Assembly: GCA_045631845.1 (NCBI GenBank)
Contig: JAZQVM010000045.1
Span: 3,563 to 67,562 of the forward strand
Reading direction: 5' to 3'
Origin: Eubacteriales bacterium
GTDB lineage: Bacteria; Bacillota; Clostridia; Oscillospirales; UMGS1783
DNA: 64,000 nucleotides
Shown here: piece by piece, positions 17,870-26,985 of the stretch
Layout: each line of letters begins with the position of its first letter
Numbering within the stretch: the stretch's first letter is position 1
Translations under genes and position numbers: made by a program
The notes under the pieces: model-generated
Database searches by the model: none
What the model saw: only the letters and a program-made list of their open reading frames with translations
Told to the model about the DNA's origin: nothing

Positions 17870-18703
17870 TTACTGACGGGTATCCCCGTTTTTCATTTGA
17901 AATTCGCCAAACCATATCGTACTTCTCGGACATTTCTCGAAGCAGGTTCCGCATTGGATGCATCGATCATAGTCGATTTCCGCCAAGTGATTCACAACTT
18001 TAATAGCATCCGTCGGACAATTTTTCTGGCAGATGCCACAGCCGATACACCCGATTTGGCAATAGGAACGAACCATCTTACCATGATCACGGGAGGAGCA
18101 GCCCACCCAATATTGACCCGAAAACGGAACAAGATGAATGATATGCTTGGGGCAGGCATTGGCACACAAACCACAGCCTACACATTTTTCATATTCCACC
18201 ACCGCTACGCCGTTTTCCACCTTGATCGCACCAAAGGGGCAAGCACGCACACAAGTACCGTACCCCAAGCAACCATAGGGACATTCTTTATCACCGCCGC
18301 CAATACGGGATACCGACACACAGTCCATCAGCCCGTCGTATTGGAATTTATGACGAGCCAGATCATTAGTACCCGAGCACATCACCTGTGCACGCAAACG
18401 AAGGGTGTCCGACTTTGTTTCCTCACCCATAATCTTACCGATCTGTTCAGTAACCTCGGGCGGGGCAGCCATGCACTTGTTACCGGGAACCTTATCATTG
18501 ACAATGGCTTCGGCATAGTTGGCACAGCCGGCATACCCACAAGCACCGCAATTGGCTCCGGGTAAAATATTTTTGATATCATCAATGCGCTTATCCACTT
18601 TGACTTTAAAGGCTTTACTGGCAATACCAAGCAAAGCACCGAAAATCAGCCCAAAGACACCCAGCGGAATAAGGGCGCGCAAGACCTGTTCAAATACAGT
18701 CAT
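17870..18703 (-). CDS. rnfB: Rnf complex subunit B (polyferredoxin)
   Basis: N-terminal TM helix, CGACGYAGC cluster motif, several CxxCxxCxxxCP 4Fe-4S motifs. Confidence 0.92.
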   Translation of the reverse strand: MTVFEQVLRALIPLGVFGLIFGALLGIASKAFKVKVDKRIDDIKNILPGANCGACGYAGCANYAEAIVNDKVPGNKCMAAPPEVTEQIGKIMGEETKSDTLRLRAQVMCSGTNDLARHKFQYDGLMDCVSVSRIGGGDKECPYGCLGYGTCVRACPFGAIKVENGVAVVEYEKCVGCGLCANACPKHIIHLVPFSGQYWVGCSSRDHGKMVRSYCQIGCIGCGICQKNCPTDAIKVVNHLAEIDYDRCIQCGTCFEKCPRSTIWFGEFQMKNGDTRQ

Positions 18704-18715
18704 CTTTTTCCCTCC

Positions 18716-19303
18716 TTACCCGAATATCTTCATACCGGAAAATCCGGAGAAGGCGATGGCCAACAAGGCCGCCGTAATCAAGGCAATAGGAAATCCCTTG
18801 AACGGCTTGGGAATATCATTCAGTTCAATTCTCTCTCGTACACAGGCAAAGATGAAGATTGCCAACAAGAACGACACGCCCGAAGCGAAACCGTAGAAGG
18901 TAGCCAAGCCGAAATCATACTGGCGCTGGATACCTAAAATAGCCGAACCGAGAACGGCACAGTTGGTCGTAATCAAAGGCAGATAGATGCCAAGCGCACG
19001 GTAAAGGGACGGAATCATCTTCTTAAGGAACAACTCAATGAATTGCACCAGCGAGGCAATGATCAAAATAAAGGAGATCGTTTGCAGATATTCCAGTTCA
19101 TACGGCACTAAAACAAAGGTATTATCCAACCAGGTAACCATAGACGACAAGGTCATGGTGAAAATAACGGCCATACCCATGCCAACGGCAGTGCTGCGTT
19201 TTTTAGAAACCCCTAAAAACGGACAAACACCCAAGAACTGCACCAGTACATAGTTTTCAATAAAGATAGTAGTGATGGCTACCGAAAAATAGGTCTGCAA
19301 CAT
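18716..19303 (-). CDS. rnfA: Rnf complex subunit A
   Basis: Polytopic RnfA/NqrE-like sequence (FLGVCPFLGVS). Start at MLQTYF, with TAATG overlap onto rnfE and an AAGGGGG SD. Confidence 0.92.
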   Translation of the reverse strand: MLQTYFSVAITTIFIENYVLVQFLGVCPFLGVSKKRSTAVGMGMAVIFTMTLSSMVTWLDNTFVLVPYELEYLQTISFILIIASLVQFIELFLKKMIPSLYRALGIYLPLITTNCAVLGSAILGIQRQYDFGLATFYGFASGVSFLLAIFIFACVRERIELNDIPKPFKGFPIALITAALLAIAFSGFSGMKIFG

Positions 19304-19929
19304 TAGTTGTCGCCCCCTTTCCATTTGTCGGAAAGCTTATTAAAAGCGGCAATCAAGAACCCAAGTGCCAGGAAGCCACCGGCAGGCAGAATCATAATAA
19401 CAGCCGGTTCATACCCGATGTACTGCGCAAAATCCCAGCCCAGGATCTTTCCCGAACCTAAAATTTCACGCACGGCCGAAACAATGATTACAACCAAGGT
19501 ATAGCCAATACCCATAGATAATCCATCCAGCACCGACATAAGCGGATTATTTTTAGAGGCAAAACTTTCGGCACGAGCCAAGATAATGCAGTTTACCACA
19601 ATCAGCGGGATAAAAAGACCCAAGGCTTCAGATATATCCGGTAAATATGCCTCAAGAAGCATCTCAATAGCCGTAACAAATCCCGAGATAATAACGATAA
19701 AGGCCGCAATACGAATCTGATTGGGAATGACCGACCGAAGCAAAGAAATGACAAGATTAGCCCCAATCAAAACCGCCGTAACGGCAAGCCCCATGAAAAA
19801 TCCGTTTTTTACACTTACGGTAATGGCAAGTGCCGAACACATACCGAGCAACTGCACAAAAACAGGATTTTGATTGAGGATACCGTCCATGAATATTTTA
19901 CTGATTTTATTTGGTTGTTTCTCACTCAT
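19303..19929 (-). CDS. rnfE: Rnf complex subunit E
   Basis: RnfE/NqrD-like (NPVFVQLLGMCS). Confidence 0.92.
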   Translation of the reverse strand: MSEKQPNKISKIFMDGILNQNPVFVQLLGMCSALAITVSVKNGFFMGLAVTAVLIGANLVISLLRSVIPNQIRIAAFIVIISGFVTAIEMLLEAYLPDISEALGLFIPLIVVNCIILARAESFASKNNPLMSVLDGLSMGIGYTLVVIIVSAVREILGSGKILGWDFAQYIGYEPAVIMILPAGGFLALGFLIAAFNKLSDKWKGGDN

Positions 19930-19931
19930 GG

Positions 19932-20774
19932 TTAGCCCTCCCCTCCCGGTTGTGCCATATCCAAGCGCACCTCATCTACAGCGCCCAGCGCCGTATTGAT
20001 ACCGTTCTTAATACCATCCGAGGTAAAGGTAGCTCCGCTGACTGCCGTGACCTGATTGGAAAATTCAATTGGACGGGACAGCCCTTCAAACTGTTTAAAG
20101 AAGCCCTCGTTACCGGAAATCACGGTTTCACCGATACCCGGAGTTTCCGAATGATTAACTACCTGTATAGCCGTCACCTTATTAAGAAGATCACTGCCAA
20201 TGATCATTTCAATCGGCGTACTCGAGTAACCAATCGCTTGAACATTAACGCAATATCCGATGATTTCATCATTTTCATAAACCAAGTAAACCGAATCCAC
20301 ATTAGCATCGCTGTAAGCAAATTCGCTTGATGTCAGTTCCTTGGCATCCACAAACTTATCCGCCTGCGGGAAAATGGATTCCAGTGCCGCCTGCCGTTTC
20401 TCCGCCTCATGCTGAGCAATGATGGGGTTGGTTTGCGCATGAATAAAACCCAGCAATCCCGCTACAATGGCCGCAATAGCCATCAGCACAACGCCAAACA
20501 GGAAAATATCAGTAATATCATTATCATTACTGGTTTCTCCGTCTGTTCTCTTTCTAAAGGAAGGCATAATACGAGGTTTACGAGGCGGCATCTTCTGCTC
20601 CTCAATCTGCGTCATAGCCTCCATTTGTGCAATGGGAGAATCGTTATCGGCGGGCAATTCGTCCGCAGTTACCGAAGCCAAAGCCTCATCCGCAATCTTC
20701 TCAATTTCTTCAATCTGTGGTTGCGGTCGGTTCTGCCTTGTTCGTTTCTGTGTCGGCTTCTTCTCGTCTGCCAT
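19932..20774 (-). CDS. rnfG: Rnf complex subunit G (FMN-binding), with an unusually long charged N-terminal extension
   Basis: TM helix followed by an FMN_bind region (SGATFTSDG flavinylation-type motif). Start is ambiguous: ATG 20774 (AAGGGGGG SD, lies inside rnfD) or ATG 20591 (GAGGAG SD 6 nt upstream). Confidence 0.8.
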   Translation of the reverse strand: MADEKKPTQKRTRQNRPQPQIEEIEKIADEALASVTADELPADNDSPIAQMEAMTQIEEQKMPPRKPRIMPSFRKRTDGETSNDNDITDIFLFGVVLMAIAAIVAGLLGFIHAQTNPIIAQHEAEKRQAALESIFPQADKFVDAKELTSSEFAYSDANVDSVYLVYENDEIIGYCVNVQAIGYSSTPIEMIIGSDLLNKVTAIQVVNHSETPGIGETVISGNEGFFKQFEGLSRPIEFSNQVTAVSGATFTSDGIKNGINTALGAVDEVRLDMAQPGGEG

Positions 20775-21756
20775 AGAACGCGCCCCCCTTTCCAAATCTT
20801 CTGGGTTTGGTTGCCCCGTCAATCGCCCATGCCAAAGCATTCATTAACAAAATGGCAAAGGAAACACCTTCGGGATAGTTAGAAAATCTACGAAATACAA
20901 AGGTAAGCAATCCGCAGCCAATAGCATACAGAATCCTTCCTCTTGTCGTTGTGGGTGAAGAAGAATAGTCGGTCGCCATATAAATGGCACCCAGCAACAA
21001 ACCGCCGCCAAGCATTTGCGCCAACGCATATTGCATGGGCGTACCGGACGTGGGGAATAGATAGGCCAACAGGCCAACCGTACCAATGTAAAATACAGGA
21101 ATATGCCAGTTAATTACCTTACGCACCAACAGATAGATTCCGCCAATCAGGAGCAAAACTGCCGAAGTTTCACCAATACAGCCGGCAATATTACCCCAAA
21201 ACAGATCCGAGAGATTGGTAAAACTATATTCCAGATTCCGCAAAGACTGCAGCGGCGTAGCGCTGGTAATGATCTGATCGGTATTTACATTCAACAGAAT
21301 AGGAACCCCGTTATACTCAAACGGTTTAAGCCATGTTGTCATGTGAACCGGCCAGGCGATAAACAAAAATGCACGGGCGGCAAGCGCAGGATTCATAAAG
21401 TTGTTACCCAGTCCACCAAATACACCCTTAACCACAATCATGGCAAAAAATGCGCCGACAATCGGAATCCATAACGGCACGGTGACAGGCAGCGTCAGCG
21501 CTAATAACAGCCCCGAGACAGCCGCCGAAAGATCACTGATCGTCTGCTTTTTTTTGCAGCACATATTGAACAATGTCTCTGCCAACATCGAGGCCCCAAC
21601 ACTGATCAAGGTTATAATAATAGCACGCAAACCAAATAAAAATCCCGAAAAGACAACGGCAGGAGTTAATGCCACCAACACAGAAAACATGAGCGACTGC
21701 GTGGTATCATTGGATCGAATATGCGGCGAGGATGTAATAAGAAATTTTCCGTCCAT
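20710..21756 (-). CDS. rnfD: Rnf complex subunit D
   Basis: Polytopic RnfD/NqrB-like with the SGATPL-type region (ITSATPL) and a C-terminal KPRRFG. Confidence 0.92.
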   Translation of the reverse strand: MDGKFLITSSPHIRSNDTTQSLMFSVLVALTPAVVFSGFLFGLRAIIITLISVGASMLAETLFNMCCKKKQTISDLSAAVSGLLLALTLPVTVPLWIPIVGAFFAMIVVKGVFGGLGNNFMNPALAARAFLFIAWPVHMTTWLKPFEYNGVPILLNVNTDQIITSATPLQSLRNLEYSFTNLSDLFWGNIAGCIGETSAVLLLIGGIYLLVRKVINWHIPVFYIGTVGLLAYLFPTSGTPMQYALAQMLGGGLLLGAIYMATDYSSSPTTTRGRILYAIGCGLLTFVFRRFSNYPEGVSFAILLMNALAWAIDGATKPRRFGKGGAFYGRREEADTETNKAEPTATTD

Positions 21757-21762
21757 ATCGAT

Positions 21763-23085
21763 TTAACCCTCCCTTTTCTTTTTACTGGTGATCTTAAACT
21801 TGGTCAAACGCATCATTTGTACCAACTGAATCTTAGCAGGACAGCTGTACGAACAAGCCCCACATTCAATACAATCGAGTACATTGTATTTCTCAGCCTC
21901 ATCATACATTTCGTTCTTGGCATAGCGATAAATATAATTAGGCATCAAATGCATCGGGCACCCCTTGACACACCGACCGCAACGAATGCATACCGGATTC
22001 TCCACCAATTCCACATTGTTTGTGGTATAGGCAATCAATCCGTTTGTCTGCTTAATGATCGGCGCTTCCAATGTGTGCTGAGCAATACCCATCATAGGCC
22101 CGCCCATAATGATCTTCGTGGGTTCAACCGTAAAGCCGCCGGCCGCTTCAAACATATACTGCATCGGCGTGCCGATACGGGCCAGAGCATTTTTACTGGT
22201 CTTTACTGCCGGACCGGACACCGTCACCACACGCTTAATAACCGGCAAACCACTGCTGGCACTGCGATACAATGACGCACAAGTATCAATGTTAAACACC
22301 GCACAACCCGCATCCAGCGGCAACTCTCCGGGTTTCACCTCACGACGAGTGATGGCGCGAATCAACTGCTTTTCCGCACCCTGAGGATACTTCGTTTTCA
22401 GCGGAACAATATGAATGCCATACGATTCAGCGATAATTTTCATAGTAGAAATGGCATCCGCCTTGTTGGTTTCAATACCAACATAAGCCTCATCCAAACT
22501 CAACGCACGCATGAGCATACGAATGCCGCCCACAATGAATTTAGGATATTCTATCATCGCTCGCTCATCAGCCGCAATGACCGGTTCACATTCGGCACCG
22601 TTAATGATCAGCGTATCCACCTTGCGGTCAATCGCCGTTCTTAACTTAACATGCGTAGGGAAACCTGCACCACCCATGCCGACCAGACCCATTTCTCTGC
22701 AAAAATCCACAATCTCATCGGGCGTCATCTTGTCCACATTTTTTATGTTTTTCTGCTTACCGGGAATCGGATCATCCTGAAAATCATTCTCGATAACTAC
22801 ACTCATCACCCGCTCACCGGTAGGATGCCAGCGGGGCGCTACATCAATAACATTGCCGGAAACCGAAGCATGCACAGGGACCGACATAAAGGCATCACTA
22901 TCGCCGATCTTCTGCCCCATATATACATAATCACCCGTTTTAACCAGCGGCGTACAAGGTACACCGATATGTTGCCGCATCGGAATTACCACATACTGCG
23001 GTTGTTCTACATGTTCAATCGGGCGAGCATGCGTTAATTCCTTGTTGGAAGGAAAATGAATACCGCCACTAAATGTATTGGCCAT
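21763..23085 (-). CDS. rnfC: Rnf complex subunit C
   Basis: GMGGAGFPTHVK NADH/FMN motif and two C-terminal CxxCxxCxxxCP clusters. Confidence 0.93.
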   Translation of the reverse strand: MANTFSGGIHFPSNKELTHARPIEHVEQPQYVVIPMRQHIGVPCTPLVKTGDYVYMGQKIGDSDAFMSVPVHASVSGNVIDVAPRWHPTGERVMSVVIENDFQDDPIPGKQKNIKNVDKMTPDEIVDFCREMGLVGMGGAGFPTHVKLRTAIDRKVDTLIINGAECEPVIAADERAMIEYPKFIVGGIRMLMRALSLDEAYVGIETNKADAISTMKIIAESYGIHIVPLKTKYPQGAEKQLIRAITRREVKPGELPLDAGCAVFNIDTCASLYRSASSGLPVIKRVVTVSGPAVKTSKNALARIGTPMQYMFEAAGGFTVEPTKIIMGGPMMGIAQHTLEAPIIKQTNGLIAYTTNNVELVENPVCIRCGRCVKGCPMHLMPNYIYRYAKNEMYDEAEKYNVLDCIECGACSYSCPAKIQLVQMMRLTKFKITSKKKREG

Positions 23086-23130
23086 TACAGCACCTCTTCT
23101 TTATGCTTTCTCTAAATTGCAAAAAATACC

Positions 23131-23159
23131 ACACATGCATTATAGCACAAAGTAAAAGT
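23131..23159 (-). promoter_or_regulatory. Sigma-A-type promoter of the rnf operon, with an embedded inverted repeat
   Basis: Minus strand reads TTGCAC-17 nt-TATAAT, ~45 nt upstream of the rnfC ATG. GCACAAA-N7-TTTGTGC occupies the spacer. Confidence 0.6.
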
Positions 23160-23167
23160 TTGTGCAA

Positions 23168-23206
23168 TATAAAAAGGATAAGTAACCCTAAAAAAGATTA
23201 CTTATC
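23168..23206 (-). terminator. Rho-independent terminator after nrdR
   Basis: Hairpin GATAAGTAA-N12-TTACTTATC followed by CTTTTTAT on the minus strand. Confidence 0.65.
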
Positions 23207-23243
23207 TATTTTTACAAGTTTATTATGTTCCATGCATTGATTC

Positions 23244-23699
23244 TTATTTTTCACTTAACAGCCGATCCAATTCCTTTTTAAAGGTACTGATATCCTTAAA
23301 CTGACGATATACCGATGCAAATCGCACATAGGCTACCTCATCAATACCCCGTAGTTTTTCCATGGCCAATTCCCCGATCTTCTCCGAGGAGATTTCCTGT
23401 TCCATGGAATTGGAAATGGCATACTCGATCTCATCCGCCGCCTTTTCCAGCGTAGATAGAGAAACCGGACGCTTATCACAGGAACGCAAAAATCCCCGCA
23501 ACAACTTATCCCGATCAAACTCTTGTCGCGAACCGTCTTTCTTAACTACGACAATGGGAACCGTTTCAATAATCTCAAAGGTCGTAAATCGCTTCTGACA
23601 TTTTAAACATTCTCTACGGCGACGAATCCTCTGCCCGTCATCCGTCGGACGGGAATTGCTGACCTTGCTCTCTTCATGACCGCAAAAAGGACATCTCAT
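23244..23699 (-). CDS. nrdR: Transcriptional repressor NrdR
   Basis: [18 protein letters not shown] zinc ribbon plus ATP-cone. Confidence 0.95.
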   Translation of the reverse strand: MRCPFCGHEESKVSNSRPTDDGQRIRRRRECLKCQKRFTTFEIIETVPIVVVKKDGSRQEFDRDKLLRGFLRSCDKRPVSLSTLEKAADEIEYAISNSMEQEISSEKIGELAMEKLRGIDEVAYVRFASVYRQFKDISTFKKELDRLLSEK

Positions 23700-23720
23700 C
23701 GATTCTATTTTCCTCTCTTT

Positions 23721-24008
23721 TTAAAATTCGAAATCATTCCCTGCCAAATAATCGTCTACTATCTCACTCAAAGACACGGGAAAGGTTTTCCCCCGCGCCA
23801 AACGATCGATCAACCGACAAATTTCCTGCCGATCCGCACCAATATGGTCCACTGCCACATACTCTTCCATCGTATCCGTCTCGCACCTCTTTACAATGCT
23901 AATCCCAAACGGATCACTCGCCGATGTATCATCCACCGTCATATAGTAGTCCAATACCACACCATCCATGCCATCAACAGACACTTGGTATATCCGCTCC
24001 TGTCTCAT
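23721..24008 (-). CDS. Hypothetical 95-aa acidic protein co-transcribed with nrdR
   Basis: ORF with an AAAGGGGA SD at MRQERIY. A candidate promoter (TTTACA-18-CATAAT, 24039-24068) lies inside the longer ORF-track extension. No motif recognised. Confidence 0.5.
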   Translation of the reverse strand: MRQERIYQVSVDGMDGVVLDYYMTVDDTSASDPFGISIVKRCETDTMEEYVAVDHIGADRQEICRLIDRLARGKTFPVSLSEIVDDYLAGNDFEF

Positions 24009-24158
24009 GTTCCCATTCCCCTTTGCTTCGTTGAGAACATTATGACACGAGTACTGTTGCCTTGTAAACAACAATCATTCGACAAAAAATGCTAAAAAGT
24101 CATTCTTTTTTTCAAAAATTTCATTTTAAGCAATATTATGTTAACTTAAAAAATAAAT

Positions 24159-24929
24159 TTACAGTTTGTTCATAAAGTCAGCTGCATCTCGCAGTTGCAA
24201 ATCTTGCTGATAGTTATCAGAATACACCTCTATAACCTTGCTTACCGCCTCACTGCGAATGTGATCATTCAGGATAGCCGCATAATCACATACGCCCTGT
24301 CCTGGTAAAGCACAAGACCCATCATCATGATAGTCACTGGCATGAAAATGGATCAACTGCTCCCCCATCACATCTCGTATACGGCACGGATCCTCGTGGC
24401 AACGCATGGCTTGTTTGACATCCAGCGTAAAATACACATTTGTCTGCAACATTTGCTTCATCTGACCAATAAAATCCATATGCCCTGCATAGTGTCGGTT
24501 CACATTTTCCTGGGAAAAGCATATCCCTTCCCGCTTGGCCAATTCGAATAACGCCGCGTAAATATCGCAATATTTCTCCACGCTGATAGGCCATTCCGAT
24601 CGACAGCCATGAAAATTAAACACACGGGCACCCATAGCCGCCGCTGCCTCAAAATACCCTTTGTAAATCTCGTAAAAATCTCGGCGGCGGGTTTCATAAC
24701 TACCAAACAAACAATAGGTTTCGGCAAATGAGGTAAAGGGATGAAACGCCAGTATCTGCAAACCCAATCGGTTTGCGCGCTCTCGAAATCTACGGGCATA
24801 ATCCACGGTAGATTCGGAAGGGGCATTAACAAAAACCTCTATATCAGAAAAGCCCAATGCCGCAATACGTTCCAACGTTTCTTCTGTTTTATCCGGATAG
24901 AAACAAGAGGTGGATATTCCGATTTTCAT
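24159..24929 (-). CDS. Sugar phosphate isomerase/epimerase (xylose isomerase-like TIM barrel)
   Basis: 256 aa, AP-endonuclease-2/TIM-barrel-like pattern (GFSDIEVF...FHASDY). Confidence 0.7.
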   Translation of the reverse strand: MKIGISTSCFYPDKTEETLERIAALGFSDIEVFVNAPSESTVDYARRFRERANRLGLQILAFHPFTSFAETYCLFGSYETRRRDFYEIYKGYFEAAAAMGARVFNFHGCRSEWPISVEKYCDIYAALFELAKREGICFSQENVNRHYAGHMDFIGQMKQMLQTNVYFTLDVKQAMRCHEDPCRIRDVMGEQLIHFHASDYHDDGSCALPGQGVCDYAAILNDHIRSEAVSKVIEVYSDNYQQDLQLRDAADFMNKL

Positions 24930-24934
24930 ACCTG

Positions 24935-26212
24935 TTATGCCAACAATTTCTCAATGGCGGCCAATTTCACGCACACGCAGAAAACATCCATCGCCATCTG
25001 CAGATCCTCAACAGAAGGAAAACTGGGTGCAATACGGATATTGCTGTCCTGAGGATCATTCTTATAGGGGAAGGTAGCGCCGGCACCCGTCATAACCACG
25101 CCCGCCTCCTTCATCAGCACGACGATACGCTTAGCGCATCCCGCCATAGCATTAAAGGATACAAAATAACCACCCTTGGGCGTGATCCAGCAGCCGATGC
25201 CCAATCCGCTCAATTCCCGATCCAGCGTGTCGGTCACCACGTCAAAACGAGGACGAAGCACCTGCGCATGCTTTCTCATGTGCGCTTTGATGCCTGCAAC
25301 ATCCTTAAAATATTTGATATGTCGTAACTCGTTAATTTTGTCCGGACCAATGGTCTGATAGAACATCTGCTTCTTAATAAATTCCACATTCGCCTTTGAT
25401 GCAACCATGCAGGCCACGCCGGCACCGGGATAGCAGATCTTAGATGTGGATGCAAATTCAAAGATCATATCTTCATTGCCGTACTCACGAGCCAAGGAGA
25501 AAATTTCGGGAATTTCAATCTCCTCATCGGTCAAATGATGGACAACATAGGCATTATCATAGAAAATACGGAAATCGTCAGCCGCAGGCTTGAGAGCCGC
25601 CAATCGGCGTACCGTTTCATCCGAATACACAATACTGTCGGGATTGGAGTATTTGGGAACACACCAAATACCCTTAATCGAAGCATCCTGCGCTACTAAT
25701 TTCTCCACAACATCCATATCGGGACCATCTTCGGTCATCGGAACCGTGACCAGTTCAAAACCAAAGAACTCAGTAATGGCAAAATGACGGTCATAGCCGG
25801 GGGACGGACAAAGGAACTTCAATCCTTCCTGTTTGCCCCAAGGCTTGTCAGAACCGTATACACCATGAGTCATGGCACGGGCAACGGTATCGTACATCAT
25901 GGTTAAAGAAGAGTTTCCGCCCACAATTACCATGGAATCGTCCACATCCAAGAGTTCGGCAAACATTTTCTTAATCGAGGGCAGACCGTCGAGCACACCA
26001 TAGTTACGCGCATCAATACCATCGATCATGCAATCGGCACTATCTTTGATGCAATGAAGCATATCTTCGCTCAAATCCAATTGCTCTTTACCCGGTTTGC
26101 CTCGGGACATATCCAAGGACAGATTTCGGCTTTGAATCTGCGCATATTCCTTCTGCAATCCGCTATACAGTTCTTGCAGTTCTTCTCTGGTCATTTCTGT
26201 GTACTTTTTCAT
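24935..26212 (-). CDS. PLP-dependent aminotransferase (class I/II fold; aspartate-aminotransferase-like family)
   Basis: ~425 aa; N-terminus LDMSRGKPGKEQLDL is typical of this aminotransferase subfamily; a lysine-containing STSK block. Start at MKKYTEM (GGAG SD). Confidence 0.7.
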   Translation of the reverse strand: MKKYTEMTREELQELYSGLQKEYAQIQSRNLSLDMSRGKPGKEQLDLSEDMLHCIKDSADCMIDGIDARNYGVLDGLPSIKKMFAELLDVDDSMVIVGGNSSLTMMYDTVARAMTHGVYGSDKPWGKQEGLKFLCPSPGYDRHFAITEFFGFELVTVPMTEDGPDMDVVEKLVAQDASIKGIWCVPKYSNPDSIVYSDETVRRLAALKPAADDFRIFYDNAYVVHHLTDEEIEIPEIFSLAREYGNEDMIFEFASTSKICYPGAGVACMVASKANVEFIKKQMFYQTIGPDKINELRHIKYFKDVAGIKAHMRKHAQVLRPRFDVVTDTLDRELSGLGIGCWITPKGGYFVSFNAMAGCAKRIVVLMKEAGVVMTGAGATFPYKNDPQDSNIRIAPSFPSVEDLQMAMDVFCVCVKLAAIEKLLA

Positions 26213-26224
26213 GATTTTCTCCAT

Positions 26225-26944
26225 TTATAACGATTTAATATATTGTACTTCTTCTTCGGTTAAAAACCGTGTTTGTCCGGGCTTAATATTTCCTAATCGC
26301 AACTGGGCGATAGACTCTCTTTTGAGCAATTTCACCTGCAATCCCAATTGTTCGCACATGCGTCGAATCTGTCGGTTTTTCCCTTCATAGATCGTAATAT
26401 GAAAAACACTGCGCGCTTCGGTTTTTTCACGCACCTGAATTTCGGCAGGTTGCAACTGCTCCCCGTCTTCCAAGGCCATACCTTCACTCATGAGCCTAAT
26501 CTGCTCGTCGGTCAATTCCCCATTTACCGTGACTCGATAAGTCTTGGGAATATGCGCCGAGGGCGAAGCCAAACGGTGAGCCAATTCCCCGTCATCGGTC
26601 AACAACAACATGCCTTCCGAATCCTTATCTAACCGCCCGACAGGATAAACTCTGGCGCTGATGTTAGGAATTAAATCCTTCACACATTTTCGCCCCAACT
26701 CATCACTAAGCGTTGTAACATAGCCACGGGGTTTATACAAAATCAAGTAGGTCGGGCGGCGCTGAATCGTCCGTACCGGCTTACCGTCTACCGAAATCTT
26801 TTCCTCTCCGGTCACCGTCTGTCCGAGATAGGCGGATTTTCCGTTCACGCTGACACGACCGGCCTCAATCAGCGTTTCCCCTTGCCGTCGAGAACATAAT
26901 CCCTGATCGGCTAAAAATTTTTGCAAACGAATCGGTTTGTCCAT
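26225..26944 (-). CDS. rluB: Pseudouridine synthase, RsuA/RluB family (S4 domain + catalytic domain)
   Basis: N-terminal S4 (RLQKFLADQGLCSRRQ) and catalytic GRLDKDSEGMLLLT motif. Confidence 0.88.
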   Translation of the reverse strand: MDKPIRLQKFLADQGLCSRRQGETLIEAGRVSVNGKSAYLGQTVTGEEKISVDGKPVRTIQRRPTYLILYKPRGYVTTLSDELGRKCVKDLIPNISARVYPVGRLDKDSEGMLLLTDDGELAHRLASPSAHIPKTYRVTVNGELTDEQIRLMSEGMALEDGEQLQPAEIQVREKTEARSVFHITIYEGKNRQIRRMCEQLGLQVKLLKRESIAQLRLGNIKPGQTRFLTEEEVQYIKSL

Positions 26945-26985
26945 ATCAAATCCTCCTATCCCTTTATTTTATATGATTTTTTCAT

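Noticed and set aside
23137-23157. Rex (redox repressor) box at the rnf promoter.
   Set aside because: The palindrome has CACA...TGTG polarity and a 7-nt spacer, unlike TTGTGAA-N4-TTCACAA. It is kept as an unassigned operator (see findings), not called as Rex.
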